A DNA stretch of 64,000 nucleotides from Vulcanimicrobiota bacterium (GTDB lineage Bacteria > Vulcanimicrobiota > Vulcanimicrobiia > Vulcanimicrobiales > Vulcanimicrobiaceae). Position numbers and translations under genes: made by a program. Positions 1-9,892 of this stretch are shown one piece after another. The notes beneath the pieces were generated by a model, which saw nothing but the letters and a program-made list of their open reading frames with translations, had not been told where the DNA came from and searched no databases. How positions within the stretch are numbered: the first letter of the stretch is position 1; each line of letters starts with the position of its first letter. The stretch covers positions 832,001 to 896,000 of the forward strand of contig OY970223.1 in assembly GCA_963714015.1 (NCBI GenBank). Reading direction: 5' to 3'.

Positions 1-237
1 CCCCGCTGGTTCCAGACCCTCATAGTGATCCCGCAAGCGGTTCACGATTTCGCGCATCGCGTGGCCGATGAGGTAGGCCCTCCCCGGAAAACCCTCGCAC
101 TGGCGCAGAATCGCCCCAGACTCGAACACCGCCGCCATCTCGCCGAACAGCTGCAGTGCCTCGACTATGTCGCGTTCTCGCTTGTTGAGTAGCGCGCGGA
201 GGATGGAGATAGTCCCACCCAAGGACTCGTCCGGCAT
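1..237 (-). CDS. Hypothetical protein, N-terminal part (runs off the window start)
   Basis: Manual translation from ATG at 237 is open to base 1: MPDESLGGTISILRALLNKRERDIVEALQLFGEMAAVFESGAILRQCEGFPGRAYLIGHAMREIVNRLRDHYEGLEPAG. Helical and protein-like; not in the ORF track because no stop lies in the window. Confidence 0.55.
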   Translation of the reverse strand, partial: MPDESLGGTISILRALLNKRERDIVEALQLFGEMAAVFESGAILRQCEGFPGRAYLIGHAMREIVNRLRDHYEGLEPAG

Positions 238-637
238 GCCGTCTGTTTTTGCACTAACCACCACGACGAATCTTGCTTCGCACAATGCCGTGCCATATGC
301 CTCGCATCAGTTCATGTGTGGCGCACCGCTTTTGCTACTAGGAATTGGTCTAACGTCCGGTGTTCGGCGCGCTCAAAGCCGAGCGAGTGGCTCCAATCGA
401 TGATTTTGTGAATGCCGGCCATGAAGGCAGCCGCCGGCCCCCAGGCGCTATATCGTGAATGGAACGAGCACCCTGGTGCCTTTCGTTGACGCGGCGGGTT
501 CATCGACGCTACCATCGACGCCCTATGAGGATCCTGGATATTGGCCCCGAGAAGGCCCAACCAGCGGATTCGAATCCTGAGCAGGCGACGCACGCGCAGT
601 GCCCTATTAAGAGTGGCAAGGAGACGCACATAAGGAT

Positions 638-2090
638 ATGAGCGTCGGACGTGCCATCGCGTCACAGAACTTCCCACCCCTGTTCGGGCCTTATCACCGG
701 ACGGAGACTCTCGCTGCCCTGGCACTTCATGGACCGATGCCGGCACCGGCGCTGGAGCGCATTTTTTCGCTACAGACGTCCCGGAGTATACGTCGCGAAG
801 GCCGAATCGCGCCAAGATGCTGGTCCCGGTTCGAGCCGCGAAAGGCCAACTCGGGGGCACCACGGTGATCGGAGATCAACCCCCGGCTTCCGGTGCGTTC
901 GGAACTGGAAGACCTGCTCGGCGCGCTGCGCCGCCACCACGCTGTGCGGCCATGAGCAACCCGGTTCTTCCTATACAGATGGCGGCGTTTTTGGAGGGGC
1001 CACGCCCCCGAGGTAGATCTGGATTTCCTTTTTTGCAACGCGGGTCCGCACCCGGACGCTGGTGGTGCCGAGGGCGCTCGGTGGCGAGGAGACCACCGGA
1101 CGGCTACAGCGATCGGTTCTGAATTTTTTCTCCGGACGCGTCCGTGGAGCAGTCGTCGGATTCGTCGAGGATGGAATTCTGGAACTCGACGGGTAGACCG
1201 TGCGGTTCAACCAGCGCCTTACGTGGCTTAATGAGCTGTACGCGCTTTTGCACGCCTTGGGACATCTGATGGGCGACGTCGTCAGCCACGCACGCTCGGC
1301 GAATGACGAACGGCAGAACAATCCAGGACGATCCAGTGGTGAGCTATGGAACGCGCTTCCGCCTTTTCGGAAGCCGCGCAAACCAAGCGATGCTCGCATG
1401 CCTAGCCGCTTTCGGTCCCAAACGTTCAACGGCGCTTGCCGCCGTATCGGCGGTCAAAGATTCGACGGCGATCCATAGGCTTGTAAAAGCCGGCATCGTC
1501 TGCCGGGTACCGGGAGCCAAAGCCCGTGCCGGCGATTTCTATGCGCTCAACGCGGCACATCCGGTCTATTCGAAGCTCGAGCCGCTTTGCGCACCGACGC
1601 GATACTGGACGAAAGCCTTCCGTTTCGGCAACCGGGGTTGCTGTACGGACGGGCCGGACGGGTTCGAGGAGCGGCAGTCGTTTCCGCCACCCTATGAAAT
1701 CTTCGGAACCCAAAAGAAGGACGCCCGGGCCAACATTGTGGCCACTCTGGCGCACACCGAGCACGCCGAAGCCGATGCTGGCTCCCTTTCGCGCCTGCTC
1801 TCGGAGCACGAAAGCACCTCGATTTTGAAGGCGTTGAAACGGCTTGCGAAGCACGGCGCGCTCGCCAGACGGGAACTTCGTGGCCTCAATCTGTACCGCG
1901 TAAATCCGGATGAACGCGCCATGACGAACTGCTCGACCTGCTTTTTGCGATGGGTCGGGCATGGCCACGCGACTTCTCCGAGGGAGGCCAAGTCGAAGCG
2001 CGCCTGCATCCCCCTAGGCGGAACGCCATCGAACGCGCTCGCCGCACCGAGGCTGGTCGGCCCGCGGCAATGCCGGTTGCCGCGACATGA
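638..2090 (+). pseudogene. Tandem (four-repeat) winged helix-turn-helix protein, frameshifted and with an internal stop
   Basis: Four repeats of LFG..R..L..LA..G....L...G......(Y)..N..(HP)...EL..LL are recoverable across frames: LFGPYHRTETLAALALHGP...INPRLPVRSELEDLL; DFLF..VRTRTLVV...FVEDGILELDG*TVRFN..WLNELYALL; LFGSRANQAMLACLAAFGP...FYALNAAHPVYSKL; IFGTQKKDARANIVATLA...LAKHGALARRELRGLNLYRVNP...HDELLDLL. In-frame TAG at 1194-1196. Confidence 0.65.
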
Positions 2091-2117
2091 GCAAGTCTGC
2101 CCTGCCTCCCGTTCCGC

Positions 2118-2492
2118 ATGGTGCGTAGACCGAACAGAGAGCAAAGAAGACTTGGAAACGCAGGTGTTGCGTCAACGAACGGCGCGCGGCCGCCATCGAG
2201 CCCAACTTTGCTCTCACCCACGGCGCGCGTGCTCTTCGCCCTGACCGACGTCCCCCGTCAAAGCGCTACGTTAATTGCGGAGGCGGGGTGTGATCCCCAT
2301 ATCGGTCACCGGAGTCTGCGCCGCCTCATTCTTCTCGGCCTTGCGAAGCGAACCGCTATAGGGCAAATCCGGCTCGCCGAGCCTTCGCCGAATTCCGGAA
2401 TTTTCAAGGTCACATTTTTGGGGTCACCCGTCGAGCCCGGCTCCGCCTCGTATCGGCGAGCGGGGAATCTCACGTGTCTGTCGGCTATTTGA
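2118..2492 (+). pseudogene. Further wHTH-like (ArsR/MarR-type) fragment
   Basis: LLSPTARVLFALTDVPRQSATLIAEAGCDPHIGHRSLRRLILLGLAKRT has wHTH helix spacing; start is uncertain. Confidence 0.4.
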
Positions 2493-2662
2493 TCGACGGG
2501 GCCGGGCAGACGCCGCGTCATCTAGCCTGGTGCGGGCGCATCATCATCGCCGGCGAGAGCAGCGCGAAGGTGCCGATGGGATTGTGCTACTCTTGTTCAC
2601 CGGCAGCTCTGGGGGCCACCAGCGAACGACGCCGCGGCGTGAGCGCATCCAGTGAGACATCG

Positions 2663-2815
2663 AATACTTTGGCTTCAAGCTGCTATACGGTAGAATACTT
2701 TGGATTCACGCAGTAAAAGCGTAATACTTTGGATTTAGCCATTTCGTCTAGCTTAACCCAAAGTATTTCGAGTAGGGTAAGAAGATCTCTCGCCGCAGAT
2801 ACTTTGGGTTAGTGC
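2663..2815. repeat. Five copies of an AT-rich 13-18 bp motif RATACTTTGGNTT (four direct, one inverted)
   Basis: Direct copies at 2663-2675, 2694-2706, 2723-2735 and 2798-2810; inverted copy AACCCAAAGTATT at 2755-2767. Confidence 0.9.
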
Positions 2816-3259
2816 ACCGTCACGCTCGCCCAGACGACGTGCGGATGGAAAAGAGTCATGCGTAGGTCAACGTTGATCCTGTGGAGCGCTCCCGAGGGAG
2901 ACGCACTTTTCAAATATCGCAGGCGGTTTTCAGGTCTACCTTTTGCAAGTCGACGGCCGCGCCGAACATTTCGCACGCCTCGACCTAAATCGGAGGACGT
3001 TTACGCAAGATTCAGCCGGTATTTGAAGGACGAAGTATACCGATTGTTACGACGGTAGTTCAGCCGCAAACGGTTTGGCGACGGACGCCACAGTCTATCA
3101 GGACCTTGAGCGTGTTTTCGGACCTTCCGCTCGTAGACCGAGCAGAGCACGACGGCTCGGCCACATGACGCGGCCGTCCGTTAACGGCGAGCGTCGTCAG
3201 TAGCCGGTCCTCACATTCGCGTCGAAGAGGGGGGCGGTTCTTGGTCTGGCTTCCGCGCT

Positions 3260-3670
3260 ATGGGCTTGGTTCGCGAAATTGCAAAGGCAGCCCGGGACGC
3301 CCATTATATTGCAAGGCGCACGCGATATATCGATGTAGTCATTTATCGCCAAGGGCGTAACGATGCCGTCATTATAGAGGCAAAAAGCCTCGAGGAGGAC
3401 GACGCTGATCGAGCCAGATGTGCCATAGACCAGCTCCTACTTTACAGGTGCTTGCATGCCGAAATGTACGGTCAATCTGCTGGCCTTGTCGCAGCATTTA
3501 CGCGAAAACCTCGGTACAAGAGTTTTGATCTTACCGAGATTCTAGTGAAATGCGGCATTGGCGTTTTGTGGCGCGCAGACACTTCATTTAACGGGACTGA
3601 CTCGGCTCGACAATCCGTTTCATGGATTTTCGACCAACAACACGAAATAAACAGGCTCATTCAGGCGTGA
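3260..3670 (+). CDS. Putative PD-(D/E)XK restriction-endonuclease-fold protein (possibly N-terminally decayed)
   Basis: IDVV...IIEAKS followed by AIDQLLLY (Q-x-x-x-Y helix typical of this fold); visibly more AT-rich than its neighbours. Confidence 0.6.
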   Translation: MGLVREIAKAARDAHYIARRTRYIDVVIYRQGRNDAVIIEAKSLEEDDADRARCAIDQLLLYRCLHAEMYGQSAGLVAAFTRKPRYKSFDLTEILVKCGIGVLWRADTSFNGTDSARQSVSWIFDQQHEINRLIQA

Positions 3671-4224
3671 TGCTGTTTAGTAGTGACGAAAAGGCTCCTT
3701 CGCCGTCAACTCTTGTGCTCTCGAGGACCGTCAGTACGACTCAGCGTACTGGGTAGCCGGTAAAGTGGTCCAACGATAGATGCAGAATCAAAAGGCTCGG
3801 GCTCAAGGAGACCACCATGCGCAGTTGCTAGCCGGTGCACTTCGCTGCTACCGCGCGCATGTGAACGTTGCGAGCGGTTGCGCTCTCTTACAGCGCGCAC
3901 GGTGTTCGCACAACGCCGAAGATTCCGTCATTGTCGCTTGATTGAATGGCACGTGCCGGTGGTTACAGCATCGACTTGTCCATCATCCCGCCGAACGCCG
4001 CGCGAATACAATTTACCCTTCAAAGTTCGCACGCAACCCCGTCGCCGCATCTGGAATGTTAAGCTCCGGCGCAAGAGCGCAGGTGCGTCCGCGAGTCCCT
4101 CGCCGTCATAAGAAAGCCTCCGGTTTGAGCGCCGCGTAGGCTAGGCGCATTTGTTCCATCTCGATGCGCACGCTGTCCGCATCGATATGGTCGTACGCCG
4201 CGCCCGCAGCGGCGGCAAGCGCCA

Positions 4225-4581
4225 TCAAACATTGCTGTCGTCCGGGTCGATGTCGGCGCCGTTTTTGTGCGGCCCGAACAGCGCGATCGCTTCCAAGCGC
4301 TGGCGCAAAAACACCGGCATCGCGATAACGGGGCGCGCAGGACTGTCGGCCAAATCGCCGGCGTTCCAGCCGAGGTCGCTCAGGCGCAGCGTTTCCCGTT
4401 CGGATTCCAAGTGCAGCACGAGCGTGTCGTCCGCGGCAATCTCGCCGTTTGTCTCTTCATCCCAACCGAGCGCAAATTCGCGCACATATGCCCCCTTGCC
4501 GGCTCGCGATCCGAATCCGTCGACGTGATAAACGATCGCCAAGTTGGGCCGCATTTGCACCCGCTCACGCCCCTCTATCAT
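4225..4581 (-). pseudogene. Truncated GAF-like C-terminal fragment of the membrane-sensor family
   Basis: AMPVFLRQRLEAIALFGPHKNGADIDPDD parallels LLPLTVVGRVHGGIYVGARPHSQWYDPDD in the adjacent gene; it stops early. Confidence 0.55.
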
Positions 4582-4584
4582 CGC

Positions 4585-6345
4585 TCACGCCGGCGGCAGC
4601 ACGGGCACGTAAGGCGAAGGAAGCCGCAGCGCTTCGTCCTTGAGCCACAAAAGTGCGGCGGCGAGTTCCGCTGCAATGGTGCGCAATACGAACTGATCGT
4701 CCGGATCGTACCACTGACTGTGCGGGCGCGCGCCCACGTAAATGCCGCCGTGTACCCGGCCAACGACGGTGAGCGGCAGCAGTAGGCCATTTCGCGGCAG
4801 CAGCGTCTCGATGCCCCGCACGTCGACGGTGGCGTGCGTTCGGCGCAGCCGCATAAACGCAGGATCGTCTTGCGGCACCACTTCAGGTGCCCGTTCAAAC
4901 CCGTGTATCGCGTACGGAGTATAGACGCCTTCATCAAACCGGTAGATCGCGCAGGCACCTTTAAACGTGCGATAAATTTCACCGATTGCATGACGCGCGA
5001 GCGCATCGGGGTCATGGGCTTCCGAAAAATCTTCGACCATGGCGAGAAGCCTATCGTGAGCGGCTTTTTTCTCGCGATAGAGCGTGCGTTGAAGCCCGTT
5101 TTCAATGTGGCCGCCGATCCAGCGCATGGAGAGGCCGAGCAGAATCGGAATCGCGAAAGAGACGGCGATATTTCCGAACCGTCCGAGAAAGACGTGATCT
5201 AAAAACGATTCCGTAAGCGCAATGACGGCAACGATGACGCCGAGCAAGATCGCATACAGTGCGGCGCGGCTTACGAAAAAATCGAGGTCGTAGACGTTCT
5301 TGGTGAAAACGACGTACGCAACGGCAACGGGCATCACCATTATCGTGAGGCCAAGAGCGCCGTCGAAGGGCAAACTCAGATTCCACAAGCCGGTAACGAC
5401 CGCATCGACGGTCGGGCCGGAGAACGCAACAACCAATGACCAGAAAATGATGCGGACGGTCAAGGGTTGCCGCTGGCGTGGCTCGACCGACGCAAACCAA
5501 ACGGCGGCGAGAACGACGACGAACCCCAAGATGTATGCGATCGCCAGCGCGAACGCCAGCCCCGACTGCTGCGCATCGACATCGCCCACGAACATATAAC
5601 GGATCTCAAAGTAGCCGAAGACTGCAAGCAAGATCACGTTTGGCGCGTACAGCACCCGGAACGCCCACAGCGCAACCGGCGAAACTTGCACCGGCACGAA
5701 GCTCTCGGCAAACAAATAGAGCAGCACGAGCGACAGCGCAGTCGTCAGCACGGTTACGACCCACGACGCCACCGCGAGCGGTCCGATTGCAAAAAAGCCG
5801 TTGAACCCCCACATAAACGGCAGTCCTGAGATTGCAAGCGCCTCGAGAAAGAGCCCGCCGAGCAGCGAAGCGCGGTCCCGCCCACGCAGGAGCAACAATG
5901 CTCCGAAGATCGCCGAAAACACACTGAGCACGTCGCTCACAAGCGCAGACACACGATCGTTCCACGGCGCGCTCGTAGTGCGCCGAAGAATACGGACGAT
6001 CTTACCGTCGCGCTGATACGGAAGGCTAAACGTTTGCTCCGCGCCGACAGAGCCAAGCGTAACGTCGTCACCGCCGTTATAGCCCGAGACCGGCCCGCTA
6101 CCCCACAAATTAAAACGATAGCGTTCCAGCGGCGTCAACAATCGAAAATCCAGCACGTCTCCCGGGCGCAACCCGGCATCGCGTCCGGCTTTCGTCACGT
6201 GCGTCATCGTGAATACGGGCCAGGCTCCGCGAGACGACGATTCATATCGCACGATCGACCCTTGATTGAGGGTTCCAAAAATGCTCGCAACGACGAACAC
6301 GAGCGTCGCAACCGAGATGAGGGCCCCCACGACGGTACGGGTCAT
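4585..6345 (-). CDS. Membrane sensor: extracytoplasmic PDZ-like domain, multi-TM region, C-terminal GAF domain (no output domain)
   Basis: Start MTRTVVGALIS (signal/TM); AGLRPGDVL PDZ-like motif; about 8-9 hydrophobic segments; GAF-like tail. Confidence 0.75.
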   Translation of the reverse strand: MTRTVVGALISVATLVFVVASIFGTLNQGSIVRYESSSRGAWPVFTMTHVTKAGRDAGLRPGDVLDFRLLTPLERYRFNLWGSGPVSGYNGGDDVTLGSVGAEQTFSLPYQRDGKIVRILRRTTSAPWNDRVSALVSDVLSVFSAIFGALLLLRGRDRASLLGGLFLEALAISGLPFMWGFNGFFAIGPLAVASWVVTVLTTALSLVLLYLFAESFVPVQVSPVALWAFRVLYAPNVILLAVFGYFEIRYMFVGDVDAQQSGLAFALAIAYILGFVVVLAAVWFASVEPRQRQPLTVRIIFWSLVVAFSGPTVDAVVTGLWNLSLPFDGALGLTIMVMPVAVAYVVFTKNVYDLDFFVSRAALYAILLGVIVAVIALTESFLDHVFLGRFGNIAVSFAIPILLGLSMRWIGGHIENGLQRTLYREKKAAHDRLLAMVEDFSEAHDPDALARHAIGEIYRTFKGACAIYRFDEGVYTPYAIHGFERAPEVVPQDDPAFMRLRRTHATVDVRGIETLLPRNGLLLPLTVVGRVHGGIYVGARPHSQWYDPDDQFVLRTIAAELAAALLWLKDEALRLPSPYVPVLPPA

Positions 6346-6410
6346 GCTTGTCCGCTTCGACAAGCGTAGCAGAGAACCGCCTGGAAACGCGGCGTAATGC
6401 GCCCTTGAAT

Positions 6411-7472
6411 CTACACCCGGCCGTGCGCGGCGCAGGTCGCGAGGCTGCCGCCGAAGACGACGCCCAAGCCGCATTGCGAGCGAAACATCCGCCGGTTGTC
6501 GTGCGGAACGCCGCGTACGAAGGCGTAATCTTGATTGGTTCCACCCGGATGGCGGCGATGCATGTAGGCGATGAAGTTCTTGCCGCGGGCGAAGCGGTAC
6601 GGCCCTTGCGCTTCTCCGCCGCACGAACGGTCGAGATCGTCTTCGTTCGGATTGGTGTCGGCAGTACCGAGCAGATAGGTGACGTGCCGCTTGACGTACC
6701 GCGTTTCGAGCGTTGCCGCGGTGCCCCTGACGTAGGGCGGCGCGCCGGCGATGCCGTAGCGCCACTGGTTGAAGTCGGGGCAGTTGCGCTGCGGCACCGG
6801 ACGATCCTTGCTGAAATAAAAGTACGACGAAGGGTTGGCGATCACCAGGTGCACGGGGACGCTTCCCGCGGCCGGATCGAGCTGCGGCGCGTTGCCGACG
6901 ATGGCGTAGCGGTCGACGATCTGTCCTCCCGCGGAGTGTCCGGCGAGCACGATCTCGCGCATCTTCGGAAAATAGCGCTTGTCGGCAAGGCGCGCGATCA
7001 TCGCGTCAAACACCGCGTAGGTGCTGATCGGCGCGGGCGCGACGGCGGGCGAGCCTCCCGGCCATTTGGAATCCCAGTAGAGCGTGCGCGGTGAGACGTT
7101 ATGTCCCGCAAGATCTTCGCGTTCGACGAATTGCGGCGAGATGACGATCGTATTCGCGGCGTGCGCGTCGCGAGCGGCTTCCATCGCGGTGTCATAATAA
7201 TAATCGGCGTCGCGCAGCACACCGTGCACCATGATCAGCGCGCGCGTCGCGTTGCGATCGCCTTCGAGCCCCAAGTTGCCGTAATAGCGCGCGTATCCGC
7301 TGCCTTGCGGCGTGCGCACGAAAAACTGCCGCGGCGCCAGCACGCCCGAATTGTCGGGCTGCGGCGTTTCGGTCGCCATCGGCAGCGGCGCGGCCGCCAT
7401 GGCAAAAACGAGCGAAGGCAATGCGAGCAAGGCGAGCAGTTTCACGATCGATGTCTTCGACCGGAGGGGCAC
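6411..7472 (-). CDS. Secreted alpha/beta hydrolase (esterase-like)
   Basis: Signal peptide; MVHG oxyanion motif; GHSAGG nucleophile elbow; C-terminal VPH His. Confidence 0.85.
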   Translation of the reverse strand: MPLRSKTSIVKLLALLALPSLVFAMAAAPLPMATETPQPDNSGVLAPRQFFVRTPQGSGYARYYGNLGLEGDRNATRALIMVHGVLRDADYYYDTAMEAARDAHAANTIVISPQFVEREDLAGHNVSPRTLYWDSKWPGGSPAVAPAPISTYAVFDAMIARLADKRYFPKMREIVLAGHSAGGQIVDRYAIVGNAPQLDPAAGSVPVHLVIANPSSYFYFSKDRPVPQRNCPDFNQWRYGIAGAPPYVRGTAATLETRYVKRHVTYLLGTADTNPNEDDLDRSCGGEAQGPYRFARGKNFIAYMHRRHPGGTNQDYAFVRGVPHDNRRMFRSQCGLGVVFGGSLATCAAHGRV

Positions 7473-7739
7473 CGCTCCCCGGAGAATGTCGCGCCATGGT
7501 CGTACGCACCGTCCTCACCTTGCTGTGCTGCCCGACGTCGTCCATCGCGCCCCAACACCAACCGTTTACGCAGATCGCCGTCGCTTCTCGCCATGATACG
7601 TATCTGCCAGTCGGGCCGCAAAAGCACTGCGCAAAGCAGTGTACGTTCCGGCGCGGATGCGGTATCATCGACGGCCGTGTCAAACCTCGAGTACACGCTG
7701 AAGGCGAAGCACAGGTGGCGCCTTCGACATCATCAGATC

Positions 7740-8169
7740 AATCCGCACGCGCTTCAACGGCGGCGCGTTCTGGATGCCGGAATTCCGTGCTCTGCTGGAT
7801 GTGCTCGCATCGTATATGCCCGAGGTCGTCGGCCACGCGGTCGAGCAGCGGGGACACAGAATCTCCAGCAAGCGGGGCACGTCGCATTCCGCCGGGCAGA
7901 AGTTCCGTCTATTCGGCAGCCGCGTGAACCAGGCGATTCTGGCGTACCTGGCGGCGAACGGACCTGGCGGCAAGACGCAGATCATGGCGGCGGCGAACTG
8001 CGACGTGCCGGCGATCCGCCCGCTCCTTGAAGGTGCTGCCGGGACGGTCTGCGTCATCCCGGCACGCTCTGGCAACCGCGGTGATCTGTACTCGCTGAAC
8101 GCCCCCCATCCGGTGTTCGCGGAAATCCGCGCGCTGCTCCGGACCGAGGCGATCCGCAAGCAGACCTAG
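7740..8169 (+). pseudogene. Second, partial paralog of the tandem wHTH protein
   Basis: TRFNGGAFWMPEFRALLDVLASYMPEVVGHA...FRLFGSRVNQAILAYLAANGP...GDLYSLNAPHPVF aligns with 1200-1590 (VRFNQRLTWLNELYALLHALGHLMGDVVSHA...FRLFGSRANQAMLACLAAFGP...GDFYALNAAHPVY). Confidence 0.7.
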
Positions 8170-8231
8170 GCGCACCTTTTCGATCCATTGCGGTCAGCGC
8201 GCGAAAGCGACGGACGCGGGCGTCAACTGAA

Positions 8232-8283
8232 TAAACTTGAAATCATGCGACATCGAACAGCGGCGGACAATTAAACTTGAAAT
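8232..8283. repeat. Two exact 12-bp direct repeats TAAACTTGAAAT, 40 bp apart
   Basis: Copies at 8232-8243 and 8272-8283 in an otherwise GC-rich intergenic region. Confidence 0.8.
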
Positions 8284-8395
8284 AGTAAGCGGCCTTTTGA
8301 AGGCGCAGCATCGGCTATATGCAGCTTAACTAATAATCAGCGCGATATGACGGGCCGTCCTACGTGACGGCCGCACGCTCGACTGCACTAAAGGG

Positions 8396-8429
8396 CCTGC
8401 TACTGCCTAGTAGCAGGTAGTGCTATAGT
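8396..8429 (+). promoter_or_regulatory. Inverted repeat operator candidate next to an extended -10
   Basis: CCTGCTACT-gcct-AGTAGCAGG at 8396-8417, then TGcTATAGT at 8421-8429, upstream of the 8472 CDS. Confidence 0.5.
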
Positions 8430-8471
8430 GCGCATGCATGACGTTGCTGTCTTAAGATTTGGAGTTTTCCT

Positions 8472-9509
8472 ATGAATTCTCGCGCTTCGCTTCGGTCGAT
8501 CTCGCGCCGTGACGTTCTGGCTTTCGGAGGCGCCGCCGCTGCCGGCACAGTGCTGGCTGCTTGCGGCTCGCACGGGGTCGCCTCCGGACCCTTGAGCGAG
8601 CCCGACGATGCGGACCGGTCCATAGCTGCAGGGCGCTTGTCGATGGCGGAGATAACCTCGAATTCGACTGCTCCGCCGCCGTGGGTGCGCAAAACGATCG
8701 AAGACGTCATTCAAGCGCAAGGCACCGCGTCGAATGGCGTTTTTGCGATTGAGGTCGACCGCAAAGATATTCCAAACGTGCACCTGCGCGGCGTTCCGAT
8801 TCTTCCTTCATTCGAAATAAACGGGACGCTAAATTTCCAAAGCGTCGACGGCGGAGGCGGCAACGTGTTCACGAATTCCGATCTTTGCCTAAAAGCGGAC
8901 GAAATTGACCCGTTCATTTCACAACTCATCGATCACGACATCATCTTTCAGGCGGAACATCAGCACTTCTACGACTTCGATCCGCTCGTGTGGTTCATTC
9001 ACTTCCGCGCGTATGGGGATGCGAAACAGGTGGCGAGCGGCGTTAAGGCGGCTTTGAACGTTACGTCCACGCCCTTCCCGCAGACGCTCCCGAAAAATCC
9101 GACGACGCCGCTGCCCGCCGAGGAGATCGGTGATATTTTAGGTGCGGCTCCAAGCGTGAGTTCAAACGGCGTGGTCAATTATTCGATTCCGCGCGCGAAT
9201 CCAATGAGGCTCGGAAAATTTCAGATCAACCCGTATCTGAACATTATGACGCCCGTCTCATTCGAGCCCTTGGATCGTAGCGGCAAGACGGCCGCGGCCG
9301 TGCCGGATTTCGGCATGGTTGCCGATGAAGTACAAAACGTCGTGCGCTTGATGCGCTCGCGCCGATGGGACATCGGTTGTCTCTATAATCAGGAGACAGA
9401 CGAACACCCGCAGCTCGATTTTTCGCATCAGTTCAAGACCGGCGACCCCATCGCGCTGGCGCACGAAATTCGAGACGGCTTGAATCTGATGGACATGCGG
9501 TTCATGTAA
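8472..9509 (+). CDS. Tat-exported lipoprotein with duplicated DUF1259/DUF1529 (LppY/LpqO-like) domains
   Basis: SRRDVL twin-arginine motif; VLAAC lipobox; two repeats with metal-type motifs AEHQH..FIHF and LYNQE..FSHQ; GGAG SD. Confidence 0.75.
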   Translation: MNSRASLRSISRRDVLAFGGAAAAGTVLAACGSHGVASGPLSEPDDADRSIAAGRLSMAEITSNSTAPPPWVRKTIEDVIQAQGTASNGVFAIEVDRKDIPNVHLRGVPILPSFEINGTLNFQSVDGGGGNVFTNSDLCLKADEIDPFISQLIDHDIIFQAEHQHFYDFDPLVWFIHFRAYGDAKQVASGVKAALNVTSTPFPQTLPKNPTTPLPAEEIGDILGAAPSVSSNGVVNYSIPRANPMRLGKFQINPYLNIMTPVSFEPLDRSGKTAAAVPDFGMVADEVQNVVRLMRSRRWDIGCLYNQETDEHPQLDFSHQFKTGDPIALAHEIRDGLNLMDMRFM

Positions 9510-9892
9510 TGCATAAAATAAGTCTCGCTGCATTTTGCTTCACGATCTGTCTTGCAGGTTGCGGCGGCACCTCTTCGCCGGCACCGCGCGTGCCGCTGAC
9601 GCTTCGAGCTTCCGTGAACGGCGGCGCCGAAACCAATGTGACCCAACCAGCCGCCCTCAACTTGCCGAATATTGGGGAAGCCGGCATCGTTACGGCGTAC
9701 GAAGGCTCCGAACAAGTGTCGTTTTCGCTGACGCCCGCAGCGGCTTGCCTGAACGCCGTGACGATATCGCCGGCGGCTTCCTCGGCGCAACAGACCGTTA
9801 CCGCAACAGCTACGGGAGAATGCACGGCAAGTGCGGTGGCATCGGACGGTGAGACGGCAACTCTTTCCATTTTCTCCATGCCGCCCCCGTAA
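9509..9892 (+). CDS. Small hypothetical lipoprotein (Ig-like beta-rich)
   Basis: CLAGC lipobox; start overlaps the upstream stop (TAATG). Confidence 0.7.
   Translation: MHKISLAAFCFTICLAGCGGTSSPAPRVPLTLRASVNGGAETNVTQPAALNLPNIGEAGIVTAYEGSEQVSFSLTPAAACLNAVTISPAASSAQQTVTATATGECTASAVASDGETATLSIFSMPPP

Noticed and set aside
566..577. GGATTCGAATCC resembling a tRNA T-arm
   Set aside because: No acceptor, D or anticodon stems can be built around it; it is only a short palindrome.
1194..1196. In-frame TAG as a pyrrolysine or read-through site
   Set aside because: The same gene has several frameshifts and no pyl machinery is visible; ordinary decay is simpler.
2663..2815. Mini-CRISPR interpretation of the 13-mer array
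   Set aside because: Repeats (13-18 bp) and gaps (16-30 bp) are too short and irregular, one copy is inverted, and no cas genes are present.
3671..4224. Short ORFs between the nuclease-like gene and the GAF fragment
   Set aside because: No recognisable motifs or SD; probably decayed sequence.
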